Of a stretch of DNA of 28,916 nt, positions 1 to 8,981 are shown one piece after another. Numbering within the stretch: position 1 is the first letter of the stretch; the number at the start of each line of letters is the position of its first letter. Origin of the DNA: an uncultured Gammaproteobacteria bacterium (lineage in GTDB: Bacteria; Patescibacteriota; Microgenomatia; UBA1406; HO2-37-13b); contig CAYJVA010000001.1 of the NCBI GenBank assembly GCA_964373465.1, positions 1 through 28,916 on the forward strand, written 5' to 3'. The notes under the pieces were generated by a model. That model worked only from the letters and a program-made list of their open reading frames with translations, was not told where the DNA came from and searched no databases. Both the position numbers and the translations under genes were made by a program.

Positions 1-14
1 GTTTCTTTTTTCAT
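1..14 (-). CDS. Probable 5' end of a gene running off the left edge (M-K-K-E-...)
   Basis: ATG AAA AAA GAA AC on the minus strand at 14..1, preceded 7 nt upstream by a TACACT -10-like box (27..22). Only about 4 codons are visible. Confidence 0.3.
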
Positions 15-46
15 ACGGTATAGTGTAATAAATAAAGTCTGAAAAG

Positions 47-964
47 TCAAAAGGCGCTTAATACTTTCATTGTTTTTGGGATTTGAAGAACAAGATCAGT
101 TGTATTATACCAGAAATGAGAGGTAGTAAATAAACTGTCAGCAGATTTTTTGAGAATGATGGATGCATTGATGCATGAATTCAATTGAGTATTTTTTGTA
201 TTGAGCGCGCCAATGATACCCGCTAAGACGTCGCCCGTCCCTCCTTTGGTCAGGCCCGCGTTACCACCTTCAATCTCCACAAGAGATGAGCCGTCAGATA
301 TATGATCATTCACGGCTTTGAGATGAATGACTGAGCGATATTGATATGCTATTTTTTTTAATATGCTCTTTTTTTCATCAAGAGACATGTTGATAATCGG
401 TATGTCAAAAAGTGATTGAAATTCGCCTTGATGAGGAGTGAGAATAGGGGGAGTTTTCAAAAGCAAGAGCCATTCTTTTTTCATCAACTGCAACGCTCCA
501 GCATCAAAGACAAATTTTTTATGGGGAAAATGAGTAATAAGGTAATATATAAGCGCGTAAGAATAATATGTTTCTTGTCTCAAATGCAGAATATCTGAAA
601 ACTTTTGACTTTCGATTTTAGACTTTTGATTAATCTTTCCTCGCATCATTCCAGGTCCTATGAGAATGCAATCATCTTCTGCGACATACGCGGGTATATT
701 TTTTTTACTCACAATAATGCCGTCAAAAAATTTAGTTTTCAGTGCGCGAAATATTTTTTCGTTTTCTATGGTTGATGCATAATGTACCATATCAACGATA
801 CGTGAGGCGATAGCAGCAGACCAGAGTGATGCAGAATGGAAAAGAGAAGAGCCTCCGACAATCAGTAGTTTTCCATTTTGTCCTTTATGCGAATCTGGAT
901 AGGGGAATTGAATAGTAGAGAGGAATGATTGTATTTTTTTTTGGTCGGATGTTTTGATGATCAT
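47..964 (-). CDS. nnrD: ADP-dependent NAD(P)H-hydrate dehydratase (YjeF C-terminal / carbohydrate kinase family), no fused epimerase
   Basis: Motifs SHKGQNGKLLIVGGS, IGPGM, DAGAL, LTPHQGEF and GLTKGGTGDVLAG. Confidence 0.9.
   Translation of the reverse strand: MIIKTSDQKKIQSFLSTIQFPYPDSHKGQNGKLLIVGGSSLFHSASLWSAAIASRIVDMVHYASTIENEKIFRALKTKFFDGIIVSKKNIPAYVAEDDCILIGPGMMRGKINQKSKIESQKFSDILHLRQETYYSYALIYYLITHFPHKKFVFDAGALQLMKKEWLLLLKTPPILTPHQGEFQSLFDIPIINMSLDEKKSILKKIAYQYRSVIHLKAVNDHISDGSSLVEIEGGNAGLTKGGTGDVLAGIIGALNTKNTQLNSCINASIILKKSADSLFTTSHFWYNTTDLVLQIPKTMKVLSAF
601..628 (-). repeat. 7-mer tandem array (4 units) inside nnrD, encoding QKSKIESQK
   Basis: Plus strand ACTTTTG ACTTTCG ATTTTAG ACTTTTG. 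Confidence 0.8.
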
Positions 965-985
965 ATTTGTTATACTATTGTATCA
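965..985. promoter_or_regulatory. Overlapping divergent extended -10 promoters for alaS and nnrD in a 20-bp gap
   Basis: Plus strand TGT-TATACT (968-976), 8 nt before the alaS ATG at 985. Minus strand TGA-TACAAT (985-977), 12 nt before the nnrD ATG at 964. Confidence 0.55.
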
Positions 986-2772
986 TGTCAATCAAAGCTC
1001 ATCAGGATCTGCGTAATTTATTTCACACATTTTGGAATGAAAGAAAACATTCGCTTGTTGTTCCGGTTTCTCTTGTCCCGAAAGAAGATTCAACGACGCT
1101 TTTTACGAGTTCTGGCATGCAACCATTGATAAGATATTTAAGTGGCACGCCTCATCCTCAAGGGAGAAGGTTATACAACATTCAACCGTGTTTTCGTGCG
1201 GTTGATATTGATGAGGTGGGAGATAATCGTCATACCACTTTTTTTGAGATGATGGGCAATTGGTCACTCGGAGATTATTTTAAAAAAGACCAACTTGCTT
1301 GGGTGTGGGAATTTTTTACTGAAAAACTGAAACTATCTAAAGAAAAATTGTATGTGACTGTTTTTGAAGGAAATAAAAACGTCCCGAAAGATGAGGAATC
1401 GTATTCTTTATGGAAGAAGTTGGGAGTATCAGACGATCATATTCAGTGGTATGGTGTTGAGAAAAATTGGTGGTCTCGCGCAGGGACTCCAGACAAAATG
1501 CCAGAAGGCGAGATCGGAGGGCCAGACAGCGAGGTTTTTTATGACTTTGGCACCCTGCATGATAAAAGGTTTGGCACAGAGTGTCATCCAAATTGTGATT
1601 GTGGAAGGTTTCTTGAGATTGGAAACTCTGTATTTATCCAATATAGAAAAAAGAAAGAGGGGACTCTTAACGAATTGCCACAAAAAAATGTAGATTTCGG
1701 AGGGGGACTTGAGCGGATTTTGGCCGCTCTCAATAATGATCCAGACGTTTTTAAGACTGATGTTTTTGACAAAATTATTGCTGAGATAGTAGAAAAAACA
1801 GACAAATCCTACGAAGATAAGAGAAATACTGCACATATGCGGGTGATTGCTGATCATTTGAAAGCTTCTGTCTTTCTCATCAAAGAAGGCGTAGTTCCCT
1901 CCAACAAAGAACAAGGGTATGTGTTACGAAGACTTTTACGACGGTCTGCAGTCAAAATGTATCAATTGGGAGGAGGTTTGACACCCAATTTTGATACGAT
2001 TTGCGATCGGGGGGTGTTGGCAACATACGATGGGACTTTCGGGATTGAAAGAGACACTCAAAATCAAACCTTCCTTTTTTCTGTGATCAATGATGAGATG
2101 AAACGGTTTGCCTCAAGTCTTGATATGGGTTTGAAACTATTTCAAAAAGCGAAAAGCATAGATGGTAAGGTTGCGTTTGACCTCTATCAAAGTTATGGAT
2201 TTCCTTTTGAGATCATCAGTGAGCTTGCAAGCCAAAGAGGTGAGAGGGTGAGTCGTGAGGAATTTGATGCAGAGCTTAACAAACATAAAGAATTGTCTCG
2301 TACTTCATCGGCAGGTATGTTTACCGGTGGATTAGCAGATCATTCAGAACAGGTGGTCAAATATCACACGGCGACTCATCTTCTTCATCAAGCATTGCGG
2401 GATGTGTTGGGAGATAAAGTCCGTCAGAAGGGATCAAATATCACAGGAGAGCGGTTGCGTTTTGATTTTTATTCGGATGACAAACCAACTGATGAAGACA
2501 TGCAAAAAGTTGAAGAGATTATTAATAAAAAAATTAAAGAAGCGCTTTCTGTTATATGTAAAATAATGCCCAAAAAAGAAGCGGAAGCACTCGGCGCGTC
2601 TGCTTTTTTTAAGGAAAAATATGGAAATGAGGTCATGGTTTATCTCATCGGCGAGTATTCAAAGGAGTTTTGTGGTGGTCCTCATGTGAGAAATACTTCA
2701 GAAATCGGTTCATTGAAAATCTTCAAGCTCAAAAAAATCGGCTCTCAACTTTTCCGGGTGTATGCAAAGTGA
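985..2772 (+). CDS. alaS: Alanine--tRNA ligase, short form ending after the editing domain (no C-Ala domain)
   Basis: TLFTSSGMQP, QPCFRAVDIDEVG, HTTFFEMMGNWS, DFGGGLER, editing-site HTATHLLH and EFCGGPH. Start moved from the track's TTG at 967 to ATG 985. Confidence 0.97.
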   Translation: MSIKAHQDLRNLFHTFWNERKHSLVVPVSLVPKEDSTTLFTSSGMQPLIRYLSGTPHPQGRRLYNIQPCFRAVDIDEVGDNRHTTFFEMMGNWSLGDYFKKDQLAWVWEFFTEKLKLSKEKLYVTVFEGNKNVPKDEESYSLWKKLGVSDDHIQWYGVEKNWWSRAGTPDKMPEGEIGGPDSEVFYDFGTLHDKRFGTECHPNCDCGRFLEIGNSVFIQYRKKKEGTLNELPQKNVDFGGGLERILAALNNDPDVFKTDVFDKIIAEIVEKTDKSYEDKRNTAHMRVIADHLKASVFLIKEGVVPSNKEQGYVLRRLLRRSAVKMYQLGGGLTPNFDTICDRGVLATYDGTFGIERDTQNQTFLFSVINDEMKRFASSLDMGLKLFQKAKSIDGKVAFDLYQSYGFPFEIISELASQRGERVSREEFDAELNKHKELSRTSSAGMFTGGLADHSEQVVKYHTATHLLHQALRDVLGDKVRQKGSNITGERLRFDFYSDDKPTDEDMQKVEEIINKKIKEALSVICKIMPKKEAEALGASAFFKEKYGNEVMVYLIGEYSKEFCGGPHVRNTSEIGSLKIFKLKKIGSQLFRVYAK

Positions 2773-2783
2773 TGAAAAATTAT

Positions 2784-2818
2784 CACCTCGGAGGTGTGAT
2801 GAATATAACACCTCGGTA
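2784..2818 (+). repeat. REP doublet, left end of the RAYT cassette
   Basis: CACCT-CGG-AGGTG palindrome (2784-2796), 11-nt spacer, then half-site ACACCTCGGTA (2808-2818). Confidence 0.85.
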
Positions 2819-2850
2819 TTTTTAATACATTTTTAATACATTTTTAATAC
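2819..2850 (+). repeat. 11-mer tandem repeat, about 3 copies (TTTTTAATACA)
   Basis: Read directly; lies between the left REP and the RAYT stop codon. Confidence 0.85.
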
Positions 2851-2857
2851 TTTTTCT

Positions 2858-3535
2858 TTAATCTTTTTCTATAGTCAAATGTTTAATGTGTTCCAATTTT
2901 CTTTGATAATCAGAATGATTATATACAAATTCTTGATATTTTTTTGCATTCTCAAAAAATGAAAGAATAAAATCGGTATGACAGAAACCCCTTTGTTTAT
3001 TGATATATTCAAGTAATGAGGATGGTTCATATTTGTGCAAAGTATCAAGATTTTTCACGACATAAGAAGAATAAGGGTTTAAATGAATGTATCTTGAAAC
3101 ATGTAAAAGCTGTTCTTTAGTTTCAATTCTGACACATTTAAATTGACCTAAAAAGAGATGACCTTTCCTGTTGGTGAAGGTATTAAAATAACGCGTAAAG
3201 CTATTTTGAAATTGACTTAAAAATTTACTTATTCCATGTTCTTCTTTTTGTTTAAGCATCAAGTGAAAATGATTAGGCATTAAACAATAACAAATAATTT
3301 CAACCAAAGTTGTGTGTTGCTTCTCTATTTTTTCAATAAATTGATCTTGTTTTTCTTTTGACCAGTGCAGAAAATACGAAAGACGAGTAGGAATATTTTT
3401 AAATCTATAAAAATACAGAGTATCATAAGCACGTTTTATTGGTTTTTTATGGACAAAAATTGGTTTTCTATCAATGCTTTTGTTGAAGATATGATAGATT
3501 TGATCAGTTATAAGCGGCACCCTTCGCGAAGGCAT
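2858..3535 (-). mobile_element. REP-associated tyrosine transposase (RAYT; IS200/IS605-like Y1 HUH superfamily)
   Basis: YHIFNK near the N-terminus, HUH motif YCLMPNHFHL, GHLFLGQF, YIHLNP. Likely start is ATG 3535 (MPSRRVP). Flanked by inverted REP doublets. Confidence 0.9.
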
Positions 3536-3557
3536 ATGTATCAGGATATTACAAAAG

Positions 3558-3592
3558 TACCGAGGTGTCAAATATATTGCACCTCCAAGGTG
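3558..3592 (-). repeat. REP doublet, right end of the RAYT cassette (inverted relative to the left end)
   Basis: TACCGAGGTGT (3558-3568) is the exact reverse complement of 2808-2818; then an 11-nt spacer and CACCT-CCA-AGGTG (3580-3592). Confidence 0.85.
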
Positions 3593-3607
3593 TGAGGTTG
3601 CTATTTG

Positions 3608-3681
3608 TGGCGCGTACCGGATTTGAACCGGTGATTTGTTGGATGAGAACCAACTGTCCTAGGCCACTAGACGAACGCGCC
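3608..3681 (-). tRNA. tRNA-Glu (anticodon CTC), CCA end not encoded
   Basis: Reverse complement folds as a cloverleaf: acceptor GGCGCGT/ACGCGCC, anticodon arm GTTGG-TTCTCAT-CCAAC, T arm ACCGG-TTCAAAT-CCGGT. Confidence 0.96.
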
Positions 3682-3688
3682 GTATCAT

Positions 3689-3717
3689 TTGACTTTTTAC
3701 CTACAATTCAGTATAGT
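3689..3717 (+). promoter_or_regulatory. Sigma70-like promoter for greA
   Basis: TTGACT-N17-TATAGT; an AGGAG Shine-Dalgarno-like site follows at 3754-3758. Confidence 0.6.
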
Positions 3718-3768
3718 TTATCATATAAAGCTCTTTATTTTTTACCTATTGACAGGAGTTTATTTTTT

Positions 3769-4230
3769 ATGCAGACGAAGATATTATTGACTCAGGAAGG
3801 ATATGACAAGTTGAACCTCGAATTAAGACAATTAAAAGAAACAAAACGCAAAAAAGCAATTGATCGCCTTAAAAAAGCGCGAGAGATGGGAGACTTATCA
3901 GAAAATAGTGAGTATGTAGCGGCAAAAGAAGAACTTTCATTTATTGAATCTCGCATTTTAGAAATTGAAGATAAATTAAAAAAAGTTCAGGTGACCAATC
4001 ATGATTCGACCGCGCAGAAAGTAGAGATAGGATCTCGTGTTATAGTAGAGTCTGAGGGAAAAAAAGAAGCATATATGATTGTCGGCGATCTTGAGACTGA
4101 CATAGCCGCTGGGAAACTTGCATACACATCTCCTTTGGGAAAAGCGTTGATGAGGAGAAAAACAAATGAAGAGTTTGCTGTGAAAGCACCAGTAGGTCTT
4201 ATTACATACAAAATTATCTCTATTCAGTAA
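3769..4230 (+). CDS. greA: Transcription elongation factor GreA
   Basis: LLTQEGYDKL, AREMGDLSENSEY, VEIGSRV, SPLGKAL. True start is ATG 3769; the track's start at 3565 would run through the tRNA. Confidence 0.96.
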   Translation: MQTKILLTQEGYDKLNLELRQLKETKRKKAIDRLKKAREMGDLSENSEYVAAKEELSFIESRILEIEDKLKKVQVTNHDSTAQKVEIGSRVIVESEGKKEAYMIVGDLETDIAAGKLAYTSPLGKALMRRKTNEEFAVKAPVGLITYKIISIQ

Positions 4231-4250
4231 TGTATGGACTGTTGCACTTG

Positions 4251-4278
4251 ACTTTTAATTTTTAACTTTTCATTTTTA
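4251..4278. repeat. 7-mer tandem array (4 units) immediately upstream of lysS
   Basis: ACTTTTA ATTTTTA ACTTTTC ATTTTTA; same 7-nt period as the nnrD, secA and tsaD arrays. Confidence 0.7.
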
Positions 4279-4285
4279 ATTTCTT

Positions 4286-5878
4286 ATGATCTGGGTAGAT
4301 CGAGAAGTAAAAAAAATAAAAAAGAGACAGCTTTCGCTTGAGTGGGTTGATGATATGAAAACTCCTTCAGGAAGAATTCATGTGGGAGCATTACGTGGGA
4401 TTGTGATCCATGATATGATGCATAAAGCACTTCAAGAAGAAAAAATAAAGACACAATTTACCTATGTGTTTGAAGATCATGACCCTATGGATGCTATTCC
4501 TTCATATCTTGATTTTAGAAAATGGGAGCAGTACGCTGGTATGCAACTTTACACTATTCCTTCCCCCAAGTCTGGATATAGAAGTTATGCTCATTATTAT
4601 GCGTCTGAATTTCAGAAAGTATTTGAGTCAATCAACTGTCATCCTCATATCATGTGGGGGTCAGAATTGTATCTTTCAGGAAAAATGAACGGGGTGATAC
4701 AAGAGGTGCTTGACCATGCTCGTGAGATACGAGATATTTATAGGCGCATCGCAAAAGCAGACAAACCGTCGGATTGGCATCCTTTTCAAGCAGTATGTCA
4801 AAAATGTAAAAAAGTTGGGACGACACAAGTATATCGCTGGGATGGAAAAATGGTGTATTATCGTTGTATGCCACAGATGGTCGCATGGGCCAAAGGATGT
4901 GGTCATGAGGATAAAATATCACCTTTTAATGGAAATGGAAAAATGCCATGGAAAGTTGAATGGGGAGCAAAATGGAAAGTGATTGGTATTACTGTCGAAG
5001 GCGCAGGAAAAGATCATATGTCAGCAGGAGGTTCGTATGATATTGCATCTGCAATCTGTAAAGAAGTGTTGCATTATCCAGTTCCTTATTCGCTTCCCTA
5101 TGAGTGGTTTGTGGTGGGAGGGCGCAAAATGTCTTCTTCAAAAGGAATTGGAGTCTCAGCGCAAGAAGTATCTACCTTTCTACCTTCCAATATCTTGCGA
5201 TTTCTTATTGTACGTACACCTATTGGGACAGCGCTTGATTTTAATCCCTATCAGAAAAATACTATTTTTAATATCTTTGATGATTTTGATCGGTGTATGG
5301 ATGCATATTTTATCAGGCAAGAACAAGCGATTCCTGAAGGAAAAAAAGGTGAGGTACTTGCCGATTTCAGTCGCATCGTTGAGTTGTCTGCAGTGACCTC
5401 TCTTCCTAAAAAACGGTGTTTTTTACCACGATTTCGTACTGTGGTGAATCTTATAAAGGAAAAAAAAGATCTTATATCTTTTTTTACACGCAAAAAGGGA
5501 GAGATACTTACATTGGGTGAGAAGAAATTATTAAAAGAGCGCGTACGTTTTGGACGTATTTATTTACGCACATATGCAGAATCGTCAGATACAGCCTCCT
5601 CAATGAGTGTAGATCGATCGCCGTTTATCTATACCCAACAACAAAAAGATTTTTTACAGAAGGTTGCCACAGCATTATCTTCAAAAATGACTTCAAAAGA
5701 AAAAATAAACGCTCTGCTTATGAATGTATTAAAAGAAAACAATTTTGTTCCGTCAGATGTATTTCCTGCTTTATATCATCTACTTACGGGCACAACTTAT
5801 GGCCCTCGAGCGGAGGATTTAATATTGGAAACTGGTGTAACCGCAGTTCGTAAAAAATTAAAAAGCATTTTATCATAA
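4286..5878 (+). CDS. lysS: Lysine--tRNA ligase, class I
   Basis: KTPSGRIHVG (HIGH-like), KMPWKVEW, EGAGKDH, KMSSSKG (KMSKS-like), C-terminal GPR. Confidence 0.95.
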   Translation: MIWVDREVKKIKKRQLSLEWVDDMKTPSGRIHVGALRGIVIHDMMHKALQEEKIKTQFTYVFEDHDPMDAIPSYLDFRKWEQYAGMQLYTIPSPKSGYRSYAHYYASEFQKVFESINCHPHIMWGSELYLSGKMNGVIQEVLDHAREIRDIYRRIAKADKPSDWHPFQAVCQKCKKVGTTQVYRWDGKMVYYRCMPQMVAWAKGCGHEDKISPFNGNGKMPWKVEWGAKWKVIGITVEGAGKDHMSAGGSYDIASAICKEVLHYPVPYSLPYEWFVVGGRKMSSSKGIGVSAQEVSTFLPSNILRFLIVRTPIGTALDFNPYQKNTIFNIFDDFDRCMDAYFIRQEQAIPEGKKGEVLADFSRIVELSAVTSLPKKRCFLPRFRTVVNLIKEKKDLISFFTRKKGEILTLGEKKLLKERVRFGRIYLRTYAESSDTASSMSVDRSPFIYTQQQKDFLQKVATALSSKMTSKEKINALLMNVLKENNFVPSDVFPALYHLLTGTTYGPRAEDLILETGVTAVRKKLKSILS

Positions 5879-5882
5879 AAAT

Positions 5883-6470
5883 ATGTCTATCATCAAACAC
5901 GGTTCAGTTAATCGTCAGAAAGCATTTGCCATACTACGCGCTCATGTGAAGAATCAAAATTTATTTCGTCATTGTTTGGCAGTTGAGGCAGTGATGCGTG
6001 CTTTATCGCGTCATTTTAATGCACATGAAGAAAAATGGGCATTGGCAGGACTTTTGCATGATGCGGACTGGGAAGAGACAAAAGATAACCCATCCCAACA
6101 TACGAGAAAAACAATTCAGTGGATGAAGGAAGCTGGTTTTGATGATAAAGAATTATTTCAAACTATTCTTTCCCATAACCACGCACACAATGGAGAAGCT
6201 GAACCCAAAAATATCATGGAATGGTCTCTTTACATCTGTGATGATCTTACTGGTCTTATTGTGGCAACGACACTTATTATGTCAGATAAAAAATTATCAT
6301 CAGTCACTGTGCCAGCACTGCTCAAAAAATTTGGCTCTCGTTCATTTGCTTCTGGGGTGAATAGAGTCCATATCAGTCTCTGCGCTACGAGACTACAAAT
6401 CAGTCTTGATCATTTTATCGGACTTGCAATTCGCGCCATGCAGGACATCGCGCCTGAATTAGGTTTATAA
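5883..6470 (+). CDS. HD/HDIG-domain metal-dependent phosphohydrolase
   Basis: RHCLAVEA...GLLHDAD...H...CDDLTG pattern. Confidence 0.85.
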   Translation: MSIIKHGSVNRQKAFAILRAHVKNQNLFRHCLAVEAVMRALSRHFNAHEEKWALAGLLHDADWEETKDNPSQHTRKTIQWMKEAGFDDKELFQTILSHNHAHNGEAEPKNIMEWSLYICDDLTGLIVATTLIMSDKKLSSVTVPALLKKFGSRSFASGVNRVHISLCATRLQISLDHFIGLAIRAMQDIAPELGL

Positions 6471-6493
6471 AAAATAAAGTATACTACGATTAT

Positions 6494-7774
6494 ATGTTAT
6501 CCATAGATTTTATACGGAAAAATAAGGAAAAAGTCATTCAAAATGCGATGAATAAAAATCGTTCTGTTAATATTGATATACTTCTCACACTTGATGATAC
6601 TCGAAAAAAACTCATGAAGTCTATTCAGAGACTTCAGGAGGAAAGAAATATATTGTCTCGACAGAAGGTAGATGATGATATAAAAGTAACCCCGCAGAGC
6701 GGGGTAAAAGTAAAAGGGAGGGAAATAAAACAAAAACTGAAAGAATTAGAAAAAGAGCGAAGCGACATTGAAGTATTGTATCAAAAAGAGCTTTCATTAA
6801 TTCCAAACGTAGCGCTTGATGAAGTTCCTATCGGAAAAGATTCTTCAGGGAATATTGAGATAAGAAAAAGCGGTGATATTCCGAAGTTTTCATTCGTGCC
6901 TCTTTCGCATTTTGACTTAGGAAAAAAGTTAGATATTATTGATCTTGATAGGGGAGTGAAAGTGTCTGGTTTTAGGGGTTATTTTTTGAAAAATCAAGGA
7001 GCTCTACTTCAGATGGCTCTTTTGTGGTATGTGTTTCAAAAGTTAGCATCAAAAGGACATACACCTCTTATCGCTCCATCAATCGTGAAGGGATTTTCAC
7101 TTTTTGGCTCAGGACAGTTTCCATGGGGTGAGGGTGAAGTGTACAAGCTTAATGATGAAGATGCGTATCTTGCAGGGACTGCAGAAGTACCAGTGACTGC
7201 TTATCATGCAGGCGAGATTTTAGATGAAAAAACTTTACCAAGAAAATATATTGCATTTTCTCCCTGCTTTAGGCGAGAGGCTGGTTCGTATGGAAAAGAT
7301 ACGCGAGGTTTGTATCGTCTCCATGAGTTTTGGAAGATTGAGCAAGTGATCATCGCAAAAGATGATATTAATGAGGCAAAAAAACTCCATGAAGAATTGC
7401 AGACTAATACAGAAGAGATTCTCAAAGAGTTGGGATTACCCTATCGTGTACTGCTTATGTGCACCGGAGATATGGGCGAGCCTCAGATAAAAAAATATGA
7501 TACTGAGGTATGGATGCCTTATCGCAAAGGCTGGGGAGAAGTTGCGTCCAATTCTCTCATGGGGGATTTTCAGGCGCGTCGTCTGAATATCAAATATAGG
7601 AAAAAGGATGGGTCAACCGCGTATTGTTATACATTGAACAACACTGCCATTCCCTCACCTCGCGTACTTGTGGCTATTTTGGAAAATTATCAAAAGGAGG
7701 ATGGAAGTGTAGTTATTCCACAGGTTTTACGATCTTTGGTTGGATTTGAACATATACTAAGTAAAAACATTTAA
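6494..7774 (+). CDS. serS: Serine--tRNA ligase carrying an 8-codon palindrome insertion in the N-terminal coiled coil
   Basis: LAGTAEVP, CFRREAGSYGKDTRGLYRLHEF, TLNNTAIPSPR. Confidence 0.97.
   Translation: MLSIDFIRKNKEKVIQNAMNKNRSVNIDILLTLDDTRKKLMKSIQRLQEERNILSRQKVDDDIKVTPQSGVKVKGREIKQKLKELEKERSDIEVLYQKELSLIPNVALDEVPIGKDSSGNIEIRKSGDIPKFSFVPLSHFDLGKKLDIIDLDRGVKVSGFRGYFLKNQGALLQMALLWYVFQKLASKGHTPLIAPSIVKGFSLFGSGQFPWGEGEVYKLNDEDAYLAGTAEVPVTAYHAGEILDEKTLPRKYIAFSPCFRREAGSYGKDTRGLYRLHEFWKIEQVIIAKDDINEAKKLHEELQTNTEEILKELGLPYRVLLMCTGDMGEPQIKKYDTEVWMPYRKGWGEVASNSLMGDFQARRLNIKYRKKDGSTAYCYTLNNTAIPSPRVLVAILENYQKEDGSVVIPQVLRSLVGFEHILSKNI
6681..6712. repeat. In-frame palindromic micro-insertion with flanking direct repeat
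   Basis: TAAAAGTA (6681-6688), ACCCCGC-AGA-GCGGGGT (6689-6705), TAAAAGTA (6705-6712). The 24-nt period equals 8 codons. Confidence 0.85.
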
Positions 7775-7784
7775 TTTTTTTTAT

Positions 7785-8975
7785 ATGATTTTTACAGAAC
7801 CTCAATCTATACAAAAAGAAAATAATACACGTATTAATGAGCCACGTTTCAATATAAAAAAAGTGGATATTAATATTTCCCAAAACCAAGTAAATCTTCT
7901 TTCTGATACTATTTTAACTCAAGGACCTGATAACGATGGAGGAAAATTTAAGGGGAATATTGATAATCTAAGAAATTATGTGGGTGATTTTTGGCCTGGA
8001 CAATTCAGACATGATTATTTTTCCAATATAAACGGCGCTCATTATTTTTTATCTCCAATCTTTAAAGATAGTGTTTTTGGTAGCACAGCAATTTTGGCGT
8101 TATTAGAGCCTGAACTACGATATCGTACAAAGGAATTTTACGGCGCGTCATGGAGAAAAGAAAAATACAATTTCAATGTATATTATCAATCTCAATCTCA
8201 TGGCACATGGCGTATCGCTCATGGGTTTGGTAGGGATAGCGGGCGACTTTTTAAGGCATATCCTAAACACGCTCTTAATTTACCTAATTCATTGCAAGTG
8301 GTTTTAGGAAGAATGATATCTTCAAATAATGTCCAAAATCAAACAGAAAAGAAAGACTTTATGGAATGGCTTGTTCCAATATATAAATGGTCTTTTAATG
8401 AAAGTCAGACCTTCAATGAGCATTTTCAAGATAAGGATGCATGGATTAAAGGATTTGTTGGTATGGAACCACTCAAATGTATGAAGATTGATTTATTAGA
8501 TGAGTTTCCCATGACAATAAAAAGTTCTAGTGGCATTGAATATGTAAAGCCAGAGATGATTAGGTTTAAAAATGAAGGATATAATCCTTGTTATACAAAA
8601 GTCAATGCGGAATTTAATATGATAAGAGAATCTATCGGTTTTGAAAAAGAAACCATTTATGGTAAATTACTATTATCAAATAATAGCGAAATAGAATATC
8701 TTTTTTTTCATAATGAACACGGAAATGTGTGGATTGGAAATATAGAAATGCGTAACCAGGGAATACATCCATATTTAGGAGTAGTAGAAAAACCAATAGA
8801 GGTAACATCTGGTCTTATGTTGTCTGCAATATCTTATAAGCAAGAAATTCCTCAAGGTTATGATACATTGCTTCCATTAGAAAAAAAAGTAGGATGGTTG
8901 TCCTATGCTGACGCATCAGCTTATTTAAATCAAATACCTATGATTCAAGAATTTAAAAGATATTTTGACATTTAA
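7785..8975 (+). CDS. Hypothetical protein (396 aa), no family recognised
   Basis: Long open frame tightly packed between serS and secA; visibly AT-rich. Confidence 0.75.
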   Translation: MIFTEPQSIQKENNTRINEPRFNIKKVDINISQNQVNLLSDTILTQGPDNDGGKFKGNIDNLRNYVGDFWPGQFRHDYFSNINGAHYFLSPIFKDSVFGSTAILALLEPELRYRTKEFYGASWRKEKYNFNVYYQSQSHGTWRIAHGFGRDSGRLFKAYPKHALNLPNSLQVVLGRMISSNNVQNQTEKKDFMEWLVPIYKWSFNESQTFNEHFQDKDAWIKGFVGMEPLKCMKIDLLDEFPMTIKSSSGIEYVKPEMIRFKNEGYNPCYTKVNAEFNMIRESIGFEKETIYGKLLLSNNSEIEYLFFHNEHGNVWIGNIEMRNQGIHPYLGVVEKPIEVTSGLMLSAISYKQEIPQGYDTLLPLEKKVGWLSYADASAYLNQIPMIQEFKRYFDI

Positions 8976-8981
8976 ACCAGT

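Noticed and set aside
3521-3532. Perfect 12-bp palindrome CCTTCGCGAAGG at the RAYT start
   Set aside because: Single occurrence with no similarity to either palindrome family; may be chance.
3565-3768. N-terminal extension of GreA shown in the ORF track
   Set aside because: It runs antisense through tRNA-Glu and the RAYT right end; GreA homology, the promoter and the SD all point to ATG 3769.
4286-5878. Class I (archaeal-type) LysRS as a novelty
   Set aside because: Well known in several bacterial groups; the gene looks ordinary.
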